In this document: in pieces, positions 11,801-17,974 of the stretch
How the letters are laid out: each line of letters starts with the position of its first letter
Position numbering within the stretch: position 1 is the stretch's first letter
IMG/VR virus record: IMGVR_UViG_3300044957_000763
Location: 62,001 to 126,000 of that record
Strand: one strand, 5' to 3'
DNA length: 64,000 bases
The notes under the pieces: generated by a model
The model's database searches: none
Told to the model about the DNA's origin: nothing
Seen by the model: the letters and a program-made list of their open reading frames with translations, nothing else
Program-made: the position numbers and the translations under genes

Positions 11801-14007
11801 TTGGAACTCGTTCTGATTGGCCATACAATGACCCGGACCCAGAAGTCAGAATCAATACAATCAAAGACTATGAAGATGTCTCGGAGTATGTAATAACTCG
11901 ATGGGCAAATACCTTTGTGCCAATTATTTTTGTTATTGGCGACGGCGATGATACCGGTAGCCAAACTGCTGAAAATGTAGCATTGAGTGCTGTTGCTGGC
12001 TGGCCGGTTCACGGCACCAAAATTGTAGCACTGGGCACAGAAACATCACAAAGGCAAACCGACCTGAAAACCATGGGTGATGAGTCAGGTGGTATCTATG
12101 CAACTATCAAACGAGGCACATCCGGTGGAGACTGGGGTTTAGTCGAAAACACCCTAATGCACACTGGTGACAATTCTGTCTTTGTAAGCAGTTGGACAAA
12201 GTCGATTGATTTTGATGAATCTACATGGATTCGAAATGTTGAGGCTGGATTTAGCGCAGACCCAGGTTCAAGTTGCTCAATTCAATATCGTTTTACGCAA
12301 AACAGGGTTGATTGGTCTTCTTGGATTACACTTGAAAGCGGTGTCGCCGCAACTGTAGATTGTTTGGTTTATGGTTTGGAATTTACGGTATCAATGTCTG
12401 ATGGATGGGATGAATTCAATGACACACCAATCCGTCCTCAAGTCAATAGTATTACGTATACAGAAGTTACACCAGGAAGAAAATATCTAGTTACTGAGGC
12501 ACAGGATATTGATGGTATGTTGTTTGAATATTTACTGTCACCTATAATAGACATCCCAAGAACATCATCAATTACATGGGGTATTGTTCGCGGCAATTCT
12601 ACTGATTTTGCTGATTTTGAAACCGTGCGCACTAACCGCAAGGGCTGTCTTCCAAATAGACAACAAAGCATTCAATTTAGTGACGAAATTGTGCGCGAAT
12701 TGCTCAATACATCAACAGTTAATAATATCGCATACCAAGTCTTAGATGAAAACGGAGAACCAACCAATTGGTTGCCAGATGATACAATCAAAGTATACAT
12801 CGGTGGCATAGAAGTGCGACTAGACCCTGAAAACCCATATTACACTTATGATTATGCATTGGGCATCGTGTATTTTAGAGACGAGCAGCCTGCCGGAACA
12901 CAGGTAAGAGTAACTATCATTACTCCTCAAAAACTGTATGTATACGACGGGGAACCAACAACCACAACTGACAATCGTGTATATCGTGCTGTAAATGGTC
13001 GGTGGCCATATGACGCAACAGTGGTTGTGTTGGTGAATGGCAATATTATGCGCGGTGGTTACTGGATTTCTCCAGAAGAAGGTCTGGTTGTTTTCTTAAA
13101 AGAGCGCGAAGTGTCTGATATTGTCACAGTGTATATTCAGCACGCAGGAGTGTTTAGGGTTGGTTGTGAGATACTGGATTATAACAACACCGATGTCATT
13201 GTTGACAAACTTGGCGTGCATTACCTTCATTATGCCAATGTCAATGTTGAACGCTTCGGGTTATATTACACTCAAAGAGCCAATCGTAGTATTATCTTTA
13301 GTTATCAAAACCCAGACCCGCCGCAAATCACAGAAGGCACGTTGATAATTGCGCCTGATGACGACGCTACAGCATACACAAGACTTACCATAGAGTATCA
13401 ATATTCGTCTCCAAGCGATGCCAAGGAAAGAAAAACCACTACGAGTTGGTGGCGATATCGACCAGGAGAAAACACTGGTATTTATAGTGAGGTCGACGAC
13501 AATGATTTCGTTCGAATTTCAGCAATCAATGGTTTTGTAGGAGGTGAAGACTATGATAACCGAACTGTGCAAAGATTAATTGATATAGGCACACTTGATT
13601 TATTTAAGGACGGCGATAGGTGGTACGTAAAAGTCACACCACATGATGGGTTTAGTTATGGAGACGAGGTGGATTCATTACCTTCAATTATGCTTGGTGA
13701 TAACTCACCACCATGGGTGACTGATGCAAATGTATCTTCTCCGCAGAAGACCACGATTGATGGCAAATACTATGTGCCTGCAGGTGCAACTGTAACTGCA
13801 CAATATGTATTTGAAGACATTGATGGTACTAATGACGAAAGCACTGTTACATGGTACAACAAAGATTCAGAAGAATCGCTATATGTGGGTGCTAATTTGC
13901 CAACCGAGCTAGTTGTGTCGGGTCAAGTTTTATCATTCATAGTTTTGCCATATGATGGACAAAACTATGGAACAAGTGTTAGAAGCGACGAGGTAACTGT
14001 TCTCTAG
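5872..14007 (+). CDS. 2711-aa giant virion structural protein (BNR/propeller repeats, VWA domain, C-terminal Ig-like repeats)
   Basis: BNR-type motifs (VSENQGSSW, RSYNDGAAYE, YSDDDGDTW); phage motif VDGYTLGIGDRVLLKNQTITSENGVY; VWA with VIDDSQS...STLNEA...IFVIGDG; two C-terminal repeats ending VKVTPHDGFSYG and FIVLPYDGQNYG. Confidence 0.7.
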   Translation: MPKITDIYRYYTLTELRDVWYPGYDERNMVTTENQFSALYQFVGPGVLDGWDVTMMPSALRGDTIGSEELAERSSLIDAEPGTYLAKVYELLGSPSLMDELIWGQVVKVSSGRGIVGVFAAETVQDAYFRFQTPDTVFYVWAESGLCLASEGRCHITVPEDGLYEHDERATATYLATVEVTEHESYPGEGFVLSVTYDERRKKLRNLEGALQEALDLAFYRHVHLGGFDHPSKIQLSTYIVLETTGPAGSTILSIVVPNEYLDKWNNGEFGIPIVRLDDEVMSEGDYTINVASKRIFLKNSLPAGSAVTIVMPLFDQISLRMHEDSLITDSYQGLNPGRLRPIYITDGSTEVDENGQEHEVIFTWDGGLYRDAQVFLDEILVDSDLYEIIPEDGSINFDPALDGSIYTSESLTLILTELGQEIENTISGERLENLDASTVTRGTLDPTRIRQLDHVGLVRYQEIAELRPTKRLFQLGDDYRYYPEILSSQLQHATEVYHAYPTVNIDGSPYLLSTRRGLMQTSDISSGILLSTWNPDRGRPKKTIDNLLQDGSQKNHFNEVYLITQPGRNTLGKLYVSENQGSSWAAIRMPIDGDVVSGATDFWVSTQKTQSETNSGIKVFEYSTLYYLATDHGVWTASIPEDATSNDWVWSKEAYAEDLVYAIQEICTKNLTYSADGSSVESQDRTVYVGADDGFYINGDRLNTERVKGFYWIRSGNAQNQLIWWTDDAAYISHSGEHIVETNPDGSGQDMWIHPLANVGTVLFEVKVATVTDVTLPAVTSVDGYTLGIGDRVLLKNQTITSENGVYEFDGANLNLVAGSQLNTVRVQVNGAGSLNGSGWLCSVDGSNITYNNLWYRIAYDIGALFASAVLQADTSNQFFVFAKLGNSRCKSMVLTYDDNDILETPTVTVKTWSNNEQDSPIYAWSTSDGSIYTGSTRGIWRSTDSCEIWKRNSQQFTQYDTITIYDTSTLERLSDLDYTVDADTQAVTFVDGQTPWASYLYERVYTEYYVDPWNPLKADVVVYINDSVAEIPYTLYPDEGRISFSSTLSSEDIVRVTIIRAGAYISNVGSTPHEELFNATVAGLTSLTKLAYELVGNAVAGTEIILKDRTTVPTSAVLLELRYRSFQERVSVVIDPDNNRVYLAHDRQGTNTFPADFTEVYLVEITNVLGIEDVISQATSNQTYHMNSLIGVNTIQMSMTAEEKDAGFYTNFSRPPGPGFSADRGPKSAFFFNSLVDSFDLTGSSSNVCSKLEPSELDAPYNPRSIYVLYGVNQTGEGMRVGTDKGVWIYEDARWKKESSLNESNRVYFIKSRESTLTIGANNGLWQRIGGEWTANPLYPQNIFAHDSGDWFGGTFEAFGKSDGLAFVWTVGENAFTSDPFMPVAETKVYGLWKNKFIRIKENGEQQEIDALYLCTENGLFGVTNGAATGTYSAFLVGREMFGDNPLEISYTNADGNTIQVPVKIYRIFRGLPRPTCDGSTAKQPVPIHILTNNGVYKVRNWRWCDPSDAGSLDFYVESHNLAGITCNCYALTTRACADGVEPLSKIFVGTDYGVYRSYNDGAAYERCERINNDNIAVYDLVFDGQCLIAATESGIFYSDDDGDTWHRPDPDNVNACLQIRPTVSTSEEFDGQYIAQTFKPVTGQTHVIKVAAYLSVEYPETHDNPSALLDNYLRFTIWSTDVNGVPDTLLDIANVDIVASDVLYPNFWSAEFTFTLPNHTSTYALVAEEVPDPGAGGTKVFRWHKTTLDNPYTDGKAFKYDGAWSTIDGYDGGAADLFFRVHFDPEPEATETVVDVDLSEGEGYGFIATDNNALTTDFKIAAAWVIDDSQSMDWGDPDDDLGDGSRGDALTSLMNEIWRRTKYINIDSDTYYPSWGSVYTFGTSIIDRTDGYTNNPDQLAVYLGGLFERGNKSTLNEAAQLATTTMFPQAIIESILESDDWSILVGEVVEYLNDPSKQLLRLDDIVEWFESQPVGTRSDWPYNDPDPEVRINTIKDYEDVSEYVITRWANTFVPIIFVIGDGDDTGSQTAENVALSAVAGWPVHGTKIVALGTETSQRQTDLKTMGDESGGIYATIKRGTSGGDWGLVENTLMHTGDNSVFVSSWTKSIDFDESTWIRNVEAGFSADPGSSCSIQYRFTQNRVDWSSWITLESGVAATVDCLVYGLEFTVSMSDGWDEFNDTPIRPQVNSITYTEVTPGRKYLVTEAQDIDGMLFEYLLSPIIDIPRTSSITWGIVRGNSTDFADFETVRTNRKGCLPNRQQSIQFSDEIVRELLNTSTVNNIAYQVLDENGEPTNWLPDDTIKVYIGGIEVRLDPENPYYTYDYALGIVYFRDEQPAGTQVRVTIITPQKLYVYDGEPTTTTDNRVYRAVNGRWPYDATVVVLVNGNIMRGGYWISPEEGLVVFLKEREVSDIVTVYIQHAGVFRVGCEILDYNNTDVIVDKLGVHYLHYANVNVERFGLYYTQRANRSIIFSYQNPDPPQITEGTLIIAPDDDATAYTRLTIEYQYSSPSDAKERKTTTSWWRYRPGENTGIYSEVDDNDFVRISAINGFVGGEDYDNRTVQRLIDIGTLDLFKDGDRWYVKVTPHDGFSYGDEVDSLPSIMLGDNSPPWVTDANVSSPQKTTIDGKYYVPAGATVTAQYVFEDIDGTNDESTVTWYNKDSEESLYVGANLPTELVVSGQVLSFIVLPYDGQNYGTSVRSDEVTVL

Positions 14008-14034
14008 TAATCGAATACACGATATGAGGCACAT

Positions 14035-14958
14035 ATGTTAATTGATTTTCTAACACCAGAAGACATGTATCCAGAAATTATGGCGATGTCTATTGAAAAA
14101 GCCCAAAACTGGGGGCTTTTTATGTCGCATATTTCCGAAGCACAGAAACACACAAAAGGGGAGGGCATACTTGTGGCAGTATTGGATACTGGTGTTGCAT
14201 CCCATCCATGTTTAGATGGCGCAATTTTTGGTGATAAAGTCAACTTTACAGATTCACAAACTATTTTAGACCAGCAAGGTCATGGAACACACGTAGCCGG
14301 AATTATTGCCGCCAAAGAAATTAATGACAATGGTGTTATTGGAGTTGCACCAGAAGCACGAATCATGTCCGTAAAAGTCTTGAATGATTCTGCGCGTGGT
14401 AATTATGGTTGGATTGAACAAGGTATTCATCACGCAATTTCCAATGGTGCGGATATTATCAATCTGAGCCTGGGTTCACCACAGCCACCGCCTCCAAGTT
14501 TGTACGCGGCAATTCAAGAAGCTGCCAATAAAGGGATTATTGTGGTGGCGGCGGCCGGTAATGATGCGGCTGCAGTAAATTACCCCGCAAGATACGACGA
14601 AGTTATTGGGGTTGCTGCCGTAGACCAACAGGGGAATATGGCAAATTTTTCGTCACATGACACCGCAATTGATGTTAGTGCACCCGGTGTGGGTATTTAC
14701 TCCACCAGCTTAAACAATGGATATGCTGTATTAAATGGAACAAGTCAAGCGGCCCCGTTTGTGTCTGGTGTATGTGCTCTACTGCTTTCATACAGCCGTA
14801 ATACTGCCGGGGTTGAGCCAATTAAAGGGTATTTGAAGATGCTCGAGGCTCTTGATTCAGTATGCGACCCTAAGGGTCGCGCAGGGCACATCGGCAGGGA
14901 TGGAGATGTAGGCTTTGGTATCCCAGATTTTGCCAACGTAAATTGGAAACAACAATGA
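14035..14958 (+). CDS. Subtilisin-like S8 serine peptidase
   Basis: Catalytic triad motifs VAVLDTG, HGTHVAG and GTSQAAP, oxyanion AAGND; GAGG SD upstream; no signal peptide. Confidence 0.93.
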   Translation: MLIDFLTPEDMYPEIMAMSIEKAQNWGLFMSHISEAQKHTKGEGILVAVLDTGVASHPCLDGAIFGDKVNFTDSQTILDQQGHGTHVAGIIAAKEINDNGVIGVAPEARIMSVKVLNDSARGNYGWIEQGIHHAISNGADIINLSLGSPQPPPPSLYAAIQEAANKGIIVVAAAGNDAAAVNYPARYDEVIGVAAVDQQGNMANFSSHDTAIDVSAPGVGIYSTSLNNGYAVLNGTSQAAPFVSGVCALLLSYSRNTAGVEPIKGYLKMLEALDSVCDPKGRAGHIGRDGDVGFGIPDFANVNWKQQ

Positions 14959-15005
14959 ACTTTGGCACCTGCAGCATAATTCATGGTAACATGGTAGTCA
15001 AGTAA

Positions 15006-15569
15006 ATGAAGGTGTCTCAGCTACAAAAATGGACTAAATTAATTGCATACACTATCTCAGTATCTGTAATCTCGGCACTTGTTTGGCTAAATTTGTTTTC
15101 GCAGTTTTTACTGGTTACAGTAACTGGAAATTCTATGGAACCAACTTACAAAAATGGTTCTTGGCACTTGGCCAACAAAAAAAGCAGACAACTACAACGT
15201 GATGACGTAATTGTGTTCAAAATCAAAAACGAAACATACATCAAACGAATTGTTGCGTTACCCAACGATGAAATTCCAGTATGCTATGGAATAGATGAAG
15301 GTCAACTTTATGCTTCTATTGTTAAAATGGAGATTGTATGGATGGGATACCCACATGAATGGATACAAATTCCATTGGACTACATATGGGTAGAGGGGGA
15401 CGCTAAAAACAACATGAGTACCGGTTCTGGATATATTGGTCTAGTTCATGTAAAAGATATCATAGGAGTGATGAATTACACAGAACCCCCAGAGGTATTT
15501 TGGTATAAGTCGGTCGTAAACCAAAGACGTGTTAAAACTCCTGAAAGATTCAAAAAGAAACATGCTTAG
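15006..15569 (+). CDS. Signal peptidase I family (S26) peptidase
   Basis: N-terminal hydrophobic helix, then GNSMEPT (catalytic Ser), YIKRIVALP (catalytic Lys) and WVEGD box. Confidence 0.88.
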   Translation: MKVSQLQKWTKLIAYTISVSVISALVWLNLFSQFLLVTVTGNSMEPTYKNGSWHLANKKSRQLQRDDVIVFKIKNETYIKRIVALPNDEIPVCYGIDEGQLYASIVKMEIVWMGYPHEWIQIPLDYIWVEGDAKNNMSTGSGYIGLVHVKDIIGVMNYTEPPEVFWYKSVVNQRRVKTPERFKKKHA

Positions 15570-16227
15570 AACCAACAGATATGCACAATACAAGACTGAA
15601 GACCCAATGCGCAAAGTTATTCGTATTGGTCAAAGAGCATCATGTACTGTATCTGTTGTGACGCCTAAAGAATATGCAACTGGTAGCGGATTTCATGTTG
15701 GGCACGGTCTAATTGTTACAGCGGCTCATGTAGTAGGAGAGCAATCTCCTACTACATCAATTAATGTTACCTTTGATGGCATATCTATGTACCCGGCACA
15801 ATTTGTGTCTTCTAATCCAGAATTAGACATAGCTATTGTGCACTTACCAAAAATCAAAGAACACATCGGAAAGATAGAATTCGGAGACAGCAATGTGGTC
15901 GAACGCGGAGATATGATAGCAGTCATTGCGTCTCCAGAAGGATTTCACGACACAAGTACAGTTGGTAGGGTTACAAACATTCACCAGTCGCCAGAGATAA
16001 ATGAGGATTCTCCAGCGTGGAATGACTTAATTCTCATTGATATTGACCTCTTGCCTGGTTCGAGTGGCGGAATGGTGTTAAATCAAGATGGCAAGTTGAT
16101 TGGCATGGTTCTGGGTATACTAGACAGAACCGGACAAACACCGTTGTTAGTTGGATTGAATAGTGTTCAGCCAAGCAACAAACTAGTATCTATTGTGGCT
16201 GATGCCATACACTATATGTCGCGATAA
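15562..16227 (+). CDS. Trypsin-like (S1, HtrA-type catalytic domain) serine protease without PDZ
   Basis: GSGF, LIVTAAHVV, DIAIV and PGSSGG motifs; ATG 15562 chosen (15607 is an alternative). Confidence 0.88.
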   Translation: MLRTNRYAQYKTEDPMRKVIRIGQRASCTVSVVTPKEYATGSGFHVGHGLIVTAAHVVGEQSPTTSINVTFDGISMYPAQFVSSNPELDIAIVHLPKIKEHIGKIEFGDSNVVERGDMIAVIASPEGFHDTSTVGRVTNIHQSPEINEDSPAWNDLILIDIDLLPGSSGGMVLNQDGKLIGMVLGILDRTGQTPLLVGLNSVQPSNKLVSIVADAIHYMSR

Positions 16228-16230
16228 TGG

Positions 16231-16236
16231 TATTAT
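16231..16236 (+). promoter_or_regulatory. Extended -10-like element (TGG-TATTAT) 6 nt before the dnaJ ATG
   Basis: TATTAT-atcatt-ATG with no SD; same geometry recurs at five other genes. Confidence 0.45.
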
Positions 16237-16242
16237 ATCATT

Positions 16243-17307
16243 ATGAGTGGACAAACAAAATCTCCATATGAGACACTTGGGGTAAGCAATACGGCTTCGG
16301 CCAAGGAAATCCAGTCTGCATATCGTAAACTGGCGAGAGAATACCACCCAGACGTTAATCCAAGCCCCGATGCAGAAAATAAGTTCAAAGAAATTGCGAA
16401 CGCATATGCGCTATTAAGTGACCCGGAAAAAAGAAGAGATTTTGACAACGGCGTAATTGATGCCAAAGGAGAACCAGTATATTCTCATTCTGGCAGACAC
16501 GAATGGGGCGGCGGGAGTCCATTCGATTTTATGAACGGATTTGGATTTAACTTTCAGCCACAAGTTAGGAATTCAAATGTTGTAGTGCATTATGAGGTTA
16601 ATGCGTCAAAGTTGTTTTCAGAACATGACGCACATATTAAGTATCAAAAGGTGTCTTCGTGTCTGGAGTGTTCTGGAAGTGGCGGTACTGGCAATACAAC
16701 AATATGCAACGAATGTCAGGGTGTTGGACATAAGACACACGTCCGAAGGGCAGGCAACATGGTCATACAAGAGCGAGGTGTGTGTGATAAATGCAAGGGT
16801 AGAGGACAAACCTACGATTCTAATTGCAAATCATGTGATGGAATTGGACTCAAGACCTCAAATGAAGAAATATTTCTCAAAATACCTGCTAATTGCGCAT
16901 TCGGGAGTATGATTGTTTCAGAACAAGGTCATCAAGAAACATTATCGGCTCCGGCGGGTGATTTGGTAATTGTAATGGTGCCCATAAGCAAATATTGTAA
17001 ATTTGATGGATACACAGCTAACTATGAGTTACTTGTAGACCCTATAAGGGCGATGCTTGGATGCAAGGTAAAAGCCAATGGATTGAAGCCAGAAGAGGAA
17101 TTGATAATAGATATTCCTAAGATGACAGAACCGAACACTCGTATCGTATTAAAACACAAAGGTTTGTCCGATATGAATGGTAAACGACATGATGCAAATA
17201 TCGTAATTGTGTATAAGATGCCTGTCAACCTGACGGATGCGCAAGAAGCAGCGCTGAATGCATATTTGTCACCCAACGATAGTGCACCGGAGAAACAAAC
17301 AAAATGA
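16243..17307 (+). CDS. dnaJ: Class A DnaJ (Hsp40) co-chaperone
   Basis: J-domain with HPD, short G/F region, four CxxCxGxG zinc motifs (CLECSGSG, CNECQGVG, CDKCKGRG, CKSCDGIG), C-terminal GDL domain. Confidence 0.95.
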   Translation: MSGQTKSPYETLGVSNTASAKEIQSAYRKLAREYHPDVNPSPDAENKFKEIANAYALLSDPEKRRDFDNGVIDAKGEPVYSHSGRHEWGGGSPFDFMNGFGFNFQPQVRNSNVVVHYEVNASKLFSEHDAHIKYQKVSSCLECSGSGGTGNTTICNECQGVGHKTHVRRAGNMVIQERGVCDKCKGRGQTYDSNCKSCDGIGLKTSNEEIFLKIPANCAFGSMIVSEQGHQETLSAPAGDLVIVMVPISKYCKFDGYTANYELLVDPIRAMLGCKVKANGLKPEEELIIDIPKMTEPNTRIVLKHKGLSDMNGKRHDANIVIVYKMPVNLTDAQEAALNAYLSPNDSAPEKQTK

Positions 17308-17489
17308 GCATGAAAAGAACAATACCAGGTGGGCGAGTGGAATCTATTTACACTCAGTCTAAGAATGGCAAAGAGGTAATTGCAACTACTGTTACACCAG
17401 TAGATACAGAGGAAGAAGTAGCAATTACTGAAGAAACAGAAACACCAGAAACAGCCGTCGAAGAAGAACCTGAATCTAAAGAGCAATGA
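17304..17489 (+). CDS. Small acidic hypothetical protein
   Basis: 61 aa, ATGA-coupled to both neighbours, Glu/Thr-rich tail. Confidence 0.55.
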   Translation: MSMKRTIPGGRVESIYTQSKNGKEVIATTVTPVDTEEEVAITEETETPETAVEEEPESKEQ

Positions 17490-17941
17490 GCGAATGGTCT
17501 GAAGTAGCCAGGCAATATATCTCATTGGCGGCACCGTACATTGTGCCACCAATTGCGTTGTTGTTTGCCACATTCTTGTTCAAATTTATTCTAGCTAATC
17601 GAAAGACTCGACAATATGCCAAAATGTTGATGAATGTATTGCAGGGTCAACTCGAAGCATCTATTGGTGCTGAAAAAAGCAAACAAGTACTGGAGCTGTG
17701 GAATGATATTGTCAAAGAAACAGAACAAAACGCCAACAGCAAGTCCAAAACATATAGCGAAAAGTATTTCGTCACGAGGATGAAAAATGAAGTTGCTTTG
17801 AGTGAAGACGAGGAACGCGAAATATCCAAAATACTTGCAACAATGAGAAGACGCAGGGGCAAGGATGGAGAGGTTGGTGCGGCGAGCGATGACGAAGACA
17901 ACTACAAACTTCCGGTTTTACCATGTCTATGTGAACTATAG
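17486..17941 (+). CDS. Hypothetical membrane-anchored protein
   Basis: 151 aa, one hydrophobic segment YIVPPIALLFATFLFKFIL, coupled start. Confidence 0.6.
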   Translation: MSEWSEVARQYISLAAPYIVPPIALLFATFLFKFILANRKTRQYAKMLMNVLQGQLEASIGAEKSKQVLELWNDIVKETEQNANSKSKTYSEKYFVTRMKNEVALSEDEEREISKILATMRRRRGKDGEVGAASDDEDNYKLPVLPCLCEL

Positions 17942-17974
17942 GATGCGATAATATAATAAGGCACAGCCTGGATT

